From NCBI RefSeq assembly GCF_009914755.1, contig NC_060931.1: DNA of 64,000 bases. The stretch is one strand, 5' to 3'. Each line of letters starts with the position of its first letter. Position 1 is the first letter of the stretch. The notes under the pieces were generated by a model, which was not told the DNA's origin, searched no databases, and worked only from the letters and a program-made list of their open reading frames with translations. The position numbers were made by a program, and so were the translations under genes. This DNA is from the human T2T-CHM13v2.0 reference genome, Homo sapiens. Below are positions 1 to 14,215 of this stretch, one piece after another.

Positions 1-1254
1 TACAAAATCGAGAGTAGACACAGTCGCCCCTAGACTTAAATTAAGGGTGTGTACATTAGATAATTTAATCCAATGTGTCAGGTAAAAACTTGAACAAACC
101 TTTTGGCCTCTCCCTTAAAATTCAGGGAAGCATGTCCTCCAAAAAACAGAATCAAAATATAAATAAAAGACTGGCTTAAGATGAAAGGAAACCTTACAAA
201 TGAAAAGAAGCCAGATGAGAGGCACTTAACTGAGAATGAAAAGAAACTGAATGGACAAAATAATTATGAGAAGATGAACCTTCAAATCAGAAAGAGGGCA
301 AACAGCTTATTTGATACTATGGGAACTCAAAAGAGAGTGAACACAAATGTGAAAATTCCAGGAGTAAAGAAAAGTAGCATAGCTAAATGAAGAGCATGAG
401 AAAATGTATACAATTTTGAGTAATAAGAACAGAAATCAAAAGTAACTATTGTATGTTATATTTTAGTAGAGCAACACTGAAGAAGAATGAAAACAAGAAA
501 TAATATTAAATATGAACATATGGAGGACAGAATAATATTTTTAAAATTTTTAGTTTCTAAGCTTCTCTGAAATTTTGATTTTGTTTTCTTATGTAATACC
601 AGAGTTATTAGGAAGGTATTATCTAATAACACTATTTTCAGTGATATTTTAAGTAGTTGTCCTAGAAAAATTTTATTTTTTAAAAATGTATATTTAAAAA
701 TACATTAAATGTGTATATACCTCATATGTTTCGATTTCTATTTTTCTTGAATTGCAAATGAAATTTGTATTTTTGTGTTCCTGGAACAAAATAAACTTGA
801 ATGGATTGTAATATGTTATTCATGCTGTAATTCAATGTATTTGAATACTTTAAAAATGCTACATTTATAGTTAACAGATACTGACCTATAAATTTTCTGT
901 CTTATAATGATGCTGTGAGACAATCTAAGAAGAATTAAAATTTAAATTCATGTATTCCTACTTTTTTCTCTGTTCTCTAACTGTAATGTATTTTAATTAC
1001 AGATGGAGGAACAGATAGATGTTAGATAAATAGATATATAATAGATAGATCATCCAAAATTCTTATTCTTATGGTTTTATGTAGTCAGTATTTACCTCTA
1101 TTTTTCTACATGTTTATCCTTCCAATTTAGTTCATTACTTCCTGCACCTTTGATGTCATATATATAAACAGGAAACAACACATGGTGGCCGGGATGTAGA
1201 GAGGGCCACAGGAATTGTGAATAAAATCCACAGGCAAGGATGTGGCGATTCATT

Positions 1255-1900
1255 TTGCAATATTGGAGGGAATGCCAAACCCTATGTTTGCTGTGGAAAA
1301 GAGTATGGTAGTTCCTCAAAACATCAAAATGGTATTGCCTTATGATTCGGCAGCCCCACATCTCAAGATAGCAAAAGAATTCAAAGCAGAGTCTTGAAAA
1401 AATATTTGCACATCCATGTTTGCAGCACCATTATTGGCAATAGCTAAAACGTAGAAGCAATTGAAGTGTTCAACAACAGATGAATGGATAAGCAAAACAT
1501 GATACATACATACAATGGAAAATTATTCAGCCTTAATCATGAGGGAAATATACTGACATATATTGCAACTTGGATGAAACTTGAGGATATTATGCCAAGT
1601 GAAATAAGTTAGTCAGTGAAGGACAAATACAGTATAATTCCATTTGTATAAGAGACTTAAAAGGGACAGAATCACAGAGATACTAAAACGATGATTGCCA
1701 GAAGCTGGGGAGAGGAAGACATGGGGAAATACTGTTTAATGGGTATAGAGTTTCAGTTTCACAAGTTGAAACGAGTTATGGAGATGGGTGGTAGTGATGG
1801 CTGCACAATGTTATGACTCTAGTACCACTGAACTGTACACTTAAAATGGTTAACAGAGTACATTTTATGTTATGTGTATTTTACCACAATAAAAAAATAA
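1255..1900 (+). mobile_element. Old L1 (L1MB-like) ORF2 end and 3' UTR fossil
   Basis: Recognisable L1MB 3' end: 'gatgaatggataagcaaa', 'aagtgaaataag', 'ccactgaactgtacacttaaaatggttaa...tgtattttaccacaataaaaaaataa'. Confidence 0.8.
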
Positions 1901-3654
1901 ACTACCTTAGGAACATTTTCCTGAAAGAGTCCACATAAAATTCATTTTAATGCATGTGTTTATGCATAGCTTTCTATTTTTCTCTTTTCTATTTATATTC
2001 CAAATTAGAATATAATGCTAATCAAGCATTGTGGCTGTGTTTCTTGCTTCCTCTAGTCTGCAGGTAGCGTACAAATGTAATAAACTACTCATGAATGTCA
2101 CACCTATTTATTTTCTGCCTTATACCAAGCTTGTGGGATTCTCTTAAATACAACATTTTTATACTTACACCTATGCAATACCCATTAGCATCGCCTTCCT
2201 AAATCAGGGGGAATTGAGTCTCTGTAAGGTGCAGTAACTTACTAAGATACAAAACTTAGCATTAAAGTCTGTATACTTCAATATCCTGCCCTCTTCTCAT
2301 TTGTCTTTACTGCCTTTTATGTATGTGTTAGATGTTCAATAAATTCTCTTTTTTAAACCGAATTTAAGCAGTGGAGCAGTGTTTTGTTGAACAATAAATA
2401 TGATATTGGACACTCTTCCTCCCTTTCATTTATGATGCAGTTCATGAAAAAGAGAAATACTTTCATTGTGCTAGAAGCTTAAAATAATGAAAACGCCGCT
2501 TTCTACATTAAACAGAAACTGAAGGGAATCAAGGTGAATTGCATGAGACATAGAAAACAAGTGGGAAATAAATCTAGTATAATTTCCCCTTTGTGTACCT
2601 TTGTTATTTAGCATTTGAGAAAATGTTTCCCTCAAATATCTTCCCATATAAATTCATGTTTATAAAGTAGACATTTATGTCTCACCTTGTCAAGAAGGGC
2701 AATCTCTAACATAAACATTTCCCAAAAATGCTTCCTGCTAAAACGTAAGCTCAGTCTGGCTTGAATTTAAGCTCACTTCATAACAAAAAGTTGGTAGCTA
2801 ATCTTTGCATGCTGTTCTCTGAACTTGAGTGAAAGCGGTCCATCAGGCATACAGGGAATGACGGAAAAGGTGACAACAGAAGATGAATGCTATGTCACTA
2901 ACCTTCAAAGATGACCTGCCTTTTCTTTCAAATTCTTGATATCTTAAGACTTCATTAATTCATCTCTCTTTGCCCTTGGTGCAACATTGTGCTATACCAA
3001 AACTCATGTAAAACAATGATCTAATGTAATAAAAATGGCATTTTTCTTTCATGTAGATGCAAGCTATCTGGCATTTTTACAATCAACATACTTCCGTTGT
3101 CAATTTTTCATTCTGTGTTGGAACTAATTGATAGGTATTTCTGAAGGGATGAAGGTGTTTCTGTGTTCATTGTGATCCAAACGTTTTTTAGACCTAGTGG
3201 TGTTGGTAAAACAATTTGTGCCAGCTGACCAAGGACCACTGTGGCAGAAAGCAGCAAACTTGCATAAGATGTCGCTGCCTCATCAGTTGGCTTTGAAAAC
3301 TAGGGGCTTATTCTATAGACCTATGAATCAAAGACATTGATAGATGTAGTATAAGATTACAATCATATTTTCCTTTTGACAGTCACATTATAAAGCATGA
3401 TGTATTGCAATTAATCTCAATTAGCTGATGACAATTAAAATTAATAGTTTATTATTGCTGATAAACAATCATGACTCTCCTGTTCTCAAATGTGCAAGGA
3501 ATTCTTGTAATTTTAATACAAATTTGCATATTATTACTAATTGATTTAATCTCATTGGATTTGGTTCATGGATCCAATTTATTAAAATATTGATAATGGG
3601 ATAATGATTTGTCTCCTCATTTCATTTACACTAAAAGATACAATTCTTACAATG

Positions 3655-3945
3655 CTCTGCAAGCCCATCGTGATCTGCCGCATGTTAACCGCCAAAATTC
3701 TTTTATGTCTTCACCCTTGATCTTACCAGTGGTCCTGGCCACCTCACTCTCCTCTGGACATGCCAACATGCTGCTGTCTTATGACCAAGACTCTAGTTAA
3801 TTTCTTGGCTTTGAAAGATAACCTTCCATATATGCATTGATCAGCTCATTCAACTTCCTCAAGTCTTTACTGAAACCTCACATTCTCGATGAGACCTATT
3901 CAGTATTTCAAACTGCCTCCCAGCTGCAACATTCCAAAACCCATT
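3655..3945 (+). mobile_element. L2 fossil fragment
   Basis: L2-like motifs 'caagcccatcgtgatctg', 'ttcctcaagtctttactgaaacctcacattctc'; very diverged. Confidence 0.45.
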
Positions 3946-3959
3946 AGTCTTTTGTGTAT

Positions 3960-6240
3960 TTTTGAAAGGATTTATTGAGATATAATTTACATACTGTAGA
4001 GTGCGCATATTAATGTCTACAAGTCAATGGCTTTTAGTATATACACAGATAAGTGGAGCCATCAGCACAATGAATTTTAGAGCATTTTCATCACTTCAAA
4101 AAGAAACCCCACCTTCTCTAGCTGTTACCCTCCTATGCACTCATCCCCTACTCAATCCTAAGCAACCACAAATCTGTATACTCTGGGGGTATACCTAGGA
4201 ATACATTTCTGGGTCATATGACAATTCTATGTTTCATATATTTAGAAGCCATCAACCTATTTTCCAAAGTGGCCAGTTCTAGCCATAGAGTATTTAACTG
4301 TGGTTTTGATTTGTAGTTGCCTGATGAGTGATGTTGTTGAGTATGTTTTTATGGGATTATTGACCGTTCATGTATCTTCTTGGGCTACACATCTATTCCT
4401 ATCATTTATCAGTTTTGAGTTGGGATTTTTGTTACTGAATTAAAACAATTTTTCTATATTCAAGATACATATATATGCAGACATATAGATATGTGTTTCT
4501 CAAATATTTTCTCACAATTTTTGAGCTGCCTTTTGACTTGCTTGGTTGTCCTTTGAAACACCAATGTCTTTAATTTTTAAGAAATTTTAAATATCTAATT
4601 TTTATTTTGTTGCTCATGTTTTTGGGGTTACAGCTATTTCTTTGCTAGATCCAAAATCCTGAAGATTTTTGCATATGCTTTATTCAAGCTCTTGCATGCA
4701 TGTCTTTAATTCATTTGAGTTAATATTTTTGTATGCTTTGGGGTAAGGCTTCCAATTTACTATTTTGCAAGTGGCGATCCACGTGTACATTGTTGACCCA
4801 GTTTGTTCAAAGACTGTCTCTTCCTCATTGAATTGCACATGGCACCACTTTAAGAATCCATTGACTATAGATACATAGTTTTATATATGGACTCTCAATT
4901 CTCTTCCATCAATCTATATATTTTTCCTTCATCAGTATTTTGTTGTCTTGATTACTGATGCTTTGCCGTAAGGTTTGGAGCACGGGGGTGTGAGTTATCC
5001 TAATATGTTTTCTTTTATCAAGACTATTTTGGCTATTTTGAGTCCCTTACAATCCCATGTGTATTTTAGAATCAGCTTGTCCGTTTCTAGACAGAAGTCT
5101 GTTGGGATACTTGCAGGGATTACGTCAAATCTGTAGTTCAACTTGCAAAGTACTACAATATTAAATCTTCCAGTTCATGGGTGGAAGATGTTTGCTAATT
5201 ATTTAGATATTCTTTAAACAATAATTTTTAATTTTCAGAGTAAAATCTTGTATCACATTTTCCAAATTAATTATTATTTATTTTTTTGATGCTATTTTAA
5301 ATTGAAGTGTTTTCTTAATTTCATTTTGGGGTTTTCATTGTAGGTGTGTGCAATTGATTTTTTTGTACATTTATCTTGTATGCTGTAATATTGCTGAAAT
5401 AATTTACGAGTTCTATCGTTCAGTGGATTCCTTAAAATTTTCTATATACAAGAATGTTATTTTCAAATAAAATTTTATTTCTTCCTATTCAATATGGGTG
5501 ACTCTTTTTTTTTAGTTGCCGATTTGCCCTGCATAAAATCTTTAGTACAGTGTTAACTAGAAGAGGTCCAATTATATATCCTATTCTTATCTCTGACCAT
5601 AGCGGGAAAGCATCCTTTACCATTAAGTTGCATGCTTGCTGTTGGCTTTTCGCAGGTGCCATGTATCTGGTGTAGAAAGTTCTCTCTTCCTGGTTCATTG
5701 AGTTTTTATTTTTATTTTTAATCATTAAAGCATTTGGATTTTGTTAAATGTCTTTTCGGAATCTATCGAGATGATCATGCAATTCTCGTTTCTTATTCTA
5801 TGGATAAGATGTATTACCTTAATGGATTTTGGGCTGTTAAACCAACCTGAGATTACTAGTATAAATTTCACTTTGTCATAGTGTATAATTCTTTTATATG
5901 TTGCTAGATCTGATTTTTTAGTATTTTTTAAGGAATTTTGCATTTATACTTATAGTAGTTTTATTTTTCTATGCTATTTGGACTAATTTTTGTATCAAGG
6001 TAACACTGGCCCCACAGAATAAATTGGGAAGGGAATATTTCTCTTTTTAAAAAAAGTCAGTCAAGAATTAATATCAATTAGTCAATACTAACAAATATGA
6101 TTAATATTATAAATTATTAATTTCTCTAATTTTTATTTTCTTCCTTCTGCTGGCTTTAGGTTTATTTTGCTATACTTTCCAGTGCCTTAATGTGGAAGGT
6201 CATCTTATCTCCTCCTTTCCTTTGTCTTTTCATTTTCTAA
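3960..6240 (-). mobile_element. Old L1 (L1MB/L1MC-like) 3' end plus ORF2 remnants
   Basis: 'tttattgagatataatttacatac' is the reversed L1MB 3' end; minus ORFs 5489-5943 keep RT-like peptides (IIHYDKVKFI..GWFN..KSIKVIH, MIISIDSEKTFNKIQ, AFPLWSEIR). Confidence 0.8.
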
Positions 6241-6257
6241 ATAGTGTCTTTTTAGCA

Positions 6258-6660
6258 TCAGGTGAGCTCCCCAGGTTGGTAGTACTCCATGTTTATTGCT
6301 GTACAACAATGACAGGTAATATGTCCTGAAGACAATGGAAAATTAACATTCAAAATCCTCCTAGATTCCACCTTATGTGAAATGTCTCTTCCTTTGGTTG
6401 GTCCTAATTTCTACCCTTTCTCTATTATAAACTATGAGTACAATGGCATTCAATGAGTTCTGTGAGTCTTTTTAGTAAATTCTTGAAACTGAGGGTGTTC
6501 TGGGGAAACCCCTGAACTGGCAGTTGGTGACAAAAATGCGAATCATCTTATATGGCCTCTTCCTTTGAACTTTGCAGCTGGACCCAAACTCTGCACAATT
6601 TGGGCCAGAAGCCTCGTGTTGACTTTGCAGCCTAAATTATCTTGTAGTTTGTCTAACCCT
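6258..6660 (+). mobile_element. MER21-family LTR fragment
   Basis: 'gagttctgtgagtctttttagtaaattcttgaaactgagggtgttctggggaaacccctgaac' matches recalled MER21 consensus. Confidence 0.65.
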
Positions 6661-7162
6661 CAATAAATTTGCTTTCATCAAATATTGTATTTGTTACCCC
6701 AAAATTACTATCATGTTTCTTTTCTCCAAATAACTAACATTGGGAGAAATAGCCAGCTGAATCTGTAACTCAACAGAAACATGTGATCCATATACCATAT
6801 AAGTGGCCATTTCATTTTGCCTTCTTCCACCAAATCTTAGCAACCTCAACCATTGCCATGAGCCACTGTAGGCCTACCGTCTACAAACAAACAAGTATCA
6901 TTTGAAAACACTTCATAATCCCATTTGATAAATTTCCCAGCAAAGAGATGCTTACTTTAACTCTATGCAAGTGGCTCATATTCGCAAAGTCTGGAGATAT
7001 TATTCAGGTAGTGTGAGAAAATCTTCCCAGCGATTCCAGCACATTCTCCTTCCCATGATCTGCTTAGTTTGCAAACATATTCAGGCCATAGGTTAGAGAT
7101 TTGTATTTCACAGTACAACAATGTTATGGAGGTCATTGAAACTTAGATTGAGCATTTCAGCA

Positions 7163-7504
7163 CAGTCACGCATCACTGAATGACAGGGATACGTTCTAAC
7201 ATATGCATCCATAGGCAATTTCATCATTTTGCAAACGTCAGAGAAAATATTACAAACACCTAGTTTGTACAGCCTACCACGTTTAGGTTATATGGTATAA
7301 CCTCTCTCTCCTAGGCTACAAACCTGTGTACTACACTACTATACTGAATACTGCAGGCAATAAGAACACAGTGGTAAGAGTTTATGTATGTAAACATACT
7401 TAAACATAGAAAAGTATGTAAAAATATGTATTATAATCTCATGGGACCACTTTTGTATATGTAATCCACCTTTGACTGAAATATTATTATGCATGACATG
7501 ACTC
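7163..7504 (-). mobile_element. Tigger3a (MER7A) DNA transposon MITE
   Basis: Degenerate terminal inverted repeats 'cagtcacgcatc' ... 'gcatgacatgact'; internal 'ctcctaggctacaaacctgt', 'attataatctcatgggaccac'; about 340 bp. Confidence 0.85.
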
Positions 7505-10254
7505 TATGACAAAAATAATACATTTTAAAAAATGTACACATGTATCATATTATAAAAATAAAGATATTTATTCAGTGTAAGAATTTGTAATGATCACAGC
7601 TTATATTTAAGTACAGTTTCAAATGCCTAGTGCAATTACTGTTTATTTCTTTGTGTATTTTAAACATGTATATAATAAATATTTTTCAGCTTCAACAATA
7701 TATATCAATCCTACAGGCTCTTATAAATATTAGTTAAAATCAATTGGTAAATTCATGTATATATATGCATACCTGTATCAGTGAGCGTGTGTGCATGTAT
7801 GCTTGTGTAAATGTAATTGTATGTGTGTGTAAATGTAATTGGATGCGTCCTTATATTTACCCTTACCTACAAGATTTCCAAGATTCATTTATGATCTTTA
7901 GATGATGGGCATTTAAAGATGTACCAAATACAACTGTAATAGTGGAAAATATCAAGATGTTATTAAATTCATCTTGTGCACATAATTGTTGCTATAAATT
8001 TGTTTCTTGCAAAACTTGCAGTAATGCTCATGCACAAAATAATTTTCTAAATAAAAAATAAAAACGTTTTATCGGTCATTAATTCTTGAAATTATTTCTC
8101 CCCAATAATTAATGTGAATTAATTCTTAATTCTTAATTAAAGAATAATGTTGCCCTTCAGAGTTCGGAAATTTTTACATGTTGTACACATTTCACTAACC
8201 AGAACAACTTCTGAAATATTGGCATTAATTACTGTCACTCAGCAATTATTGATTTCAAAGGCATTAAATACCATTCATATTCTGAATCACAAGGGTACTT
8301 TGGCATCTTATTTAATCAAGCTCTTTGTATCATCATCTACACTTTAATTACTTAACAAACATTTCTCTGTGTGAGAAAGTTTGAGCAGGTTATTGTGCTT
8401 TTTTAAGATGCAACTTTTGCTTAATCTAGAGATAGGCAATGCTCCCTATAAGGGACAAGGAGAAAAATAAATGAGCAATAGAGATGTGACAGGCATGGAA
8501 AAAGACAGTACATTTATCAAACAAATAGGGCCATGGATGACGATAATGGGGATCAAATCTTGAGATACCGACTCAGTTTATAACCACACTGTATAATAGA
8601 GCAAATCATTTGTTAACTTTTTTACAAATGGAATTTAATTTAATTAAGATGAATACAGTGTTTTAAATAAGGCAGGTCTTCTTAAAATAAAATAATGGAA
8701 TAAAGTGATAAAACCAAAGTAAAAATCGTAAACATTTTATAAATAATTTTTGTCATGTAACTTAATATTTTTGTTCATTTAAAATCACCCAAATCAAAAT
8801 AATTTTATCTTAATTAACAAATAATCATCAGAAGTTTAACTAATTTTTACTTTATGAAACTAGGTTTAAAAATTATTAACTATATTTTTAATCACATATG
8901 CTTCTATATAAAATAGACATAGGATATATATTTACATGTTCACAATATTATATTGTAATTGCTCCTATGGATGTGGTTTTTCAATAGAATTAATAAGTAC
9001 TTTTAAAAAGTTTCCATTTCAATGATGTATATGATTGATTTTTCTTAGACAAAGCATACATATATTGATAGGTAATAATATGAAAATCTTCTAAAGGCAT
9101 TACAGGAATACGAAAATGTAATTAAATACTCACTAGTTTCTAATGTTTTATGTAAGCGGAACACTTTTAACTGAAAATTGCTTTTATATTAATACTGAAA
9201 CGAGACTAAAAACTTTTTAACCAGTGGAGTAACTATTCAAATTGATAATCTGAACTATATAAGAGGAGAAACTTCAGGCACTCTAATATTTGAAATGCTA
9301 CAAAATATTTATATAAGCTATTATTTCACAATTTCTGTTTGTAGAGTGCTATACAGTAATCAATATAAACGACATCCCAAATCTTTCTATAGCTTTGACC
9401 ACATTTACATCCTAATTTTAATTATTAATACGTTGGAGCAGTGCATACAACTAGATTCTGATCTTCCTTTTTAATGAGTAAAAATATGCCCTTTGAGACA
9501 GCATTAAAGAAAGAGCACCTTGTATAAATTCAATGCCAAGAGACAAGATATTCTTGATTCTGAAGTCTTGTTCTTTCATACAGCAATGTAATTAATAAGA
9601 AGAAAAGCAGGACATAGATGTGGAGCCTATTTTAATAAAAAATTGTCTATAGATTTTGATGATAAAATTTAAAAATCTACTATATTTAGTTACAAAAAAC
9701 TAGGTTGTGGGAACATATTTGGTCAATAAAACACCCCTACCAAGTGCTGACAAGAAAAAATGTTAGGTACCACCTTTCTTCTCTGCAGATGGCCTGAGAT
9801 GGGTTAATTTGAAAGAACGCTTCCAAACCTGAGGTGACCCCTGAGAACAGCATAACCCACTGCTGTCTCCCACATTCAGTTTCTCAGTTTGTGCTCTTTT
9901 AATTTTGCGGGGAGGGAAGCCAGACCTTTAAACCAATCTTCAGCATGATGGCAGAGCCAAGGAGTGTGGACAGGTGGCACGGTGTCTGACTTTGTTCCAG
10001 CAGCCACTTGGGCTTTCTCTGGATCTTCTCTGCCCTAGGGATAGCACCACTATTGAAAACATATCTTTGTGACATTCTCTATGCCAGGAACTCCCAACAC
10101 ATTTTCCTTGAAACTGATGAAATGAACAAAAATAAACCAAGAGGTGTGCTGTTTGTTTCTTTTTCCTCCTTTCTGCAGCTCTTCTTGATCATCTAATATT
10201 TTTAAATACATTGTCGATCACCAAAAGGAGCATAAGGGGTATATTGATTTGTAG

Positions 10255-10650
10255 CAGATGTATTAATAGCCCAGCCCCTATTCCTTACCTGTAGCTGCTG
10301 GGAAGAAAACCATTCTTAACACTCTACAGAGTGTCATCTCCAGAATTTGCAGCTGTTTCTAGCTGAGGACTTTCTCTAGCAGCACGGGAGTTTGATACTG
10401 GGCATGAAGTGGGAAGAAAAGGTGAGGGTAACTAAGAAGAATCTCCCTGGATTCAGTGATGTAATTCTGAGGCATCTTCCACATAGCTTCCCATAGAATT
10501 AAGCCCAGATATCTAACGCAGGATCTTGCCTCTTAACACGTGTGGTATTGGCTTTTCTATCTTTCCTGTTTTATTTTGTTCTCTCTTCCTTGTCTTACTT
10601 TCACTGTGTCCTCACTCCTGCTTTAAGAATACCCAAACAAATACATTCAT
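10255..10650 (+). mobile_element. Old ERVL-class LTR (LTR16-like)
   Basis: 'gctgaggactttctc', 'taattctgaggcat', 'tattggcttttctatctttcctgt', ending in '...cccaaacaaataca'. Confidence 0.45.
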
Positions 10651-13089
10651 TTATTTTTTTAGAGTCTCAGAACACAGTTGTTTGTTGAATTTGTAATCTA
10701 TGATAATCAGCTTGGATGCTATACTTACAGGAAGATAGTGAACTCACAATGTCTAATTAAGATAAAATTAAAAAGTATATTGATTCATGTCCAAAGATTT
10801 AAAAAACCTAAGCGGCAGTGTCACAATTTCGTTTTTAGTTTACATAGTTTCTTAAATGCCTACAATTGTTTTAAAAGAAACCTTGAATCTAGGAAAAATT
10901 GAGGCATATGGAATAAATTACTAACCCATTTCTCCTTGAAATCCATAAGATGATTGATGATTTTTCAAATATATTTCTGAATTGAAAAACTAGTTGCTAA
11001 TTATTTTTATAAACATATCCTTATGCAATATTTTGTTTCCTGCAGTGAATTGAAGGTTTAAAGATTAAATTATTCTATCCAGAGAATAAAAAGCAATTAT
11101 TTCACAAGGAGAACATGTGTACGTTGACACGACATTTTAAAGTCTAGATTTTAAAATAGGTCCCAAATACTTTTGTGTCAATTAGAATACGTTTGTATCA
11201 GTCTGTCTACAGTTTTACACCTGTCTAAATGTACTTGAACTACAACAACTACCTTGAACAGTTTTGAAATTTATGATTCCTCTGAAACTGATTAAAAAAT
11301 TATGGTAGAGTGAAATTCTGATTGACATAATTTGGGAGAGAAATTATTCCTCGGTCATCAACCTCTGCCAAGATAGTTTATAATGACATTGAGGCTTTTT
11401 GATTTACACAATTTGTTATATAAAATATACTAAGACGATGGCAGATAATACACAGACTTTAATTAAAATTGTACTACAATTAAAAGTCTAAATAAATTGG
11501 AAGTGTTCATGGTACATCTAAATGTATGTTTATATATTTTATTTGTGCATTTTTTTCCTAGGGTTTCTTTTGCTTTAGTTTGTAAAACGTTCTCATTTTT
11601 ATGATAATGTAGCATATGCTAAATAAAGAAAAATCAGGAAATAGAAAATGAAGAAGAAAACATTAGCTATTGTCAACCAAATAAAAATTGTGCAATCTCT
11701 AAGCACATGAACTATGTAATATTTGTACAGCATAGTACAATGTTTATGCTTCACAGGTTGAGGTAGAGACTGCAAAACCTTGAACTTGGGACAAATAAGA
11801 GAGTAAGGAAATTTTCACAACTTATTAATATTATAGAAAATTCTGAACTTAACAGTTAAGATACAAATAGTGAAAAATGATGGTATTTAAGGAGATCTAG
11901 AAAATTTAATCTATACCTGTAATGTGTGAGAATTATTAGAATAATGCTTGTATTTCTGTATTGGCATCGATTTCTATTGAGACTGGAAACATAATAGAAG
12001 TGAACAAAAAAGAATTTAAATTGTGGATACTTGAGTTTTATACCTAGGAGTTTGAGAAATACATTTTGTTACTATCAAAGCAGTTGGCACAAGAGTGTAC
12101 AAAATTCCCTAATTGTGTCTATGTGGAGAAGACATAGACAAACAGAGAATAGCAAAACAGAAAGAGCAAAAAAACACAAATAAATTTTACCTGTATTTTT
12201 AAGTAAAAGCCAATTAGAGTAGGAAAACATGAAATCTGTGTTTTGTCAAAATTTTTCTCTTTCTCATAATATAGTTGAATATATTACTGGAAAAAATTTG
12301 AAGCACTGGTATGTTCACAAATAAAATTAAAATATAAGGTCAAAACAATGGGAATGCAGGGAGCAGACAATATATAACTAAACACCGAAACTAATTTTGC
12401 CCTATGGACATGTAGCAAAATGAATGAGTGCAGATTCTTACTGTCATACATCACATAGGACAGTAAATAAATACATAGTTTTTCCCAAGATAGGGCATCA
12501 CACAGGAGCTCTTCCCTAAAGCTATGACCAAAATTTATATCCTCAGTATAAAGAAGAATCAGGGGTAAATTAGTCCCATTTCACATTCCCTGGAAATGGC
12601 AAATAAAAATGACTTGAGATTGGATAGATTTAAAGAAACTCAATCGTTAATGATTTACAGCAACTAATTTAAAAATTGTTTAAATGTGCAGTCCAAACAT
12701 ACGTCCGAACAACTTTAGGCCAAGAATTAATATAATGTGGTCCCAGAATGGTGGTGACTTTTGTAGAATCACAAAACAATTGAAATTCTCTTTGGCAAAT
12801 TTTCTATTTACTAATCTGCAAAAGTGCACAAAAATAATTTTCAGAGAAAAATAAATATTTGTCATTCAAAGGCATCTAAGTATGCAAGGAAATGATATTC
12901 CACCATTTGAAAGGAAAGCAGAAAAAGAGTACATACAGATCCACAAAGGTTCATTAGTGGAAATATCACTGTTAGATTATAAAGCACATTTGCTTTCAAA
13001 AAATTTAAAAAAAATGAATATATTGTTAGGAGACTAAAAAATTCATGTAGCAAATTTGGAAAGTAGTTTGTATAAAAATATAGTTATTT

Positions 13090-13900
13090 TAAATTAAAAA
13101 CTCAAAGATGAATTCATCAGATTAGACATGGCCAAGGTGAGATTTCATAAATATTTCAGAATGCATTACAGAAAATTTGAAAAAATGTAAAATGTGGACA
13201 GAATGATGAAGAGACATGGAAGATACAGTGAGAAAGTGTAGCATGCGTTTAGAGAGTGTTCTCATAGAAGAAGGGAACTGGGAAGGGACAATATGTGTTG
13301 GTATTTTGTTTGAAAGTTCCCTAGACTTTTGTAAGACACTAATCTGCATATTCAAAAATTCCATGCAATGTAAGCAAGCTACAATGGAGATAAACCTACA
13401 CCTATGTATCTCCTAGAGAAATAGTAAACAAGGAAGGGAAAAATATTTCAATTAGCACTAGAAAAATAAAATTACTTTTAATCATATTGAAATCTGAAAA
13501 AATGAAAGGTAAAATAAACAATAATATTTGTTAAGAATAATAACGCCATTCTGAATTTCTAAACAAAGAAAAATATTCATTATCCTATGGCTAAATAACA
13601 TATTTAGAGATAAAACACAAAACGCCACCAGCAGAATTCCACTAAAGAAACAACAGAGAAACTATGAAAATATGCTTCAGAAAGGTTGAAGTTCTGAAAT
13701 CCAAGAATGAACAGAGAGTAATATATATTGCAAACATACAGATAGAACAAATAAGAAACTGGGTTTTGAAACAAAAATATATTTAAAATTAGATAAGCAC
13801 TGCAATATGTATGATAAAAAGAAAATTATTAGGGCTGAAGTATTCAAAGAACCCTTAATGTTCTGACAAGAGCAGAGAAGTGAGTATGACTTTGCAACTC
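13090..13900 (+). mobile_element. Ancient L1 (L1ME-like) ORF1 and inter-ORF fossil, cut off by the satellite
   Basis: 'agagacatggaagatacagtgagaaagtgtagcatgcgttta', 'aagacactaatctgcatattcaa', 'cctacacctatg' resemble L1ME ORF1; ORF 13216 starts MEDTVRKCSMRL (cf. ORF1 ..ED..RRSNIRL). Confidence 0.6.
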
Positions 13901-13912
13901 TTTTTTCTTTTT

Positions 13913-14215
13913 CGAATGGAATGGAATGGAATGGAATGGAATGGAATGGAATAGAATGGAATGGAATGGAATTCAATGGAACTGAATCGAATGGAATTGA
14001 ATGGAGAGGAATGGAATGGAATGGGAGATGAGATTGTGCCATTGTGCTACGGGATGGGTGACAGAGAGAGACACTCTTGAAAGAAAGGAATGGAATGTAA
14101 AGCAGTGGAATAGAACGGAATGGAAGGCAATGGAGTGGAGTGGAGTGGAGTGGAGAAGAGTGGAGTGGAATGGAATTGGATGTAATGGAAAGTAGTGGAA
14201 TGGAATGGAATGGAA
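13913..14215 (+). repeat. (GGAAT)n / (GGAGT)n pentamer run at the array entry (HSat3-like)
   Basis: Near-perfect GGAAT units 13914-14022; GGAGT units about 14132-14168. Confidence 0.95.
14025..14086 (+). mobile_element. Alu 3'-end fragment embedded in pentamer satellite
   Basis: 'gagattgtgccattgtgctacgggatgggtgacagagagagacactcttgaaagaaa' aligns to the Alu terminus 'gagatcgcgccactgcactccagcctgggcgacagagcgagactccgtctcaaaa'. Confidence 0.8.

Noticed and set aside
13914-14022. Heat-shock elements in (GGAAT)n
   Set aside because: The nGAAn units are mostly direct repeats, whereas canonical HSEs need alternating orientation.
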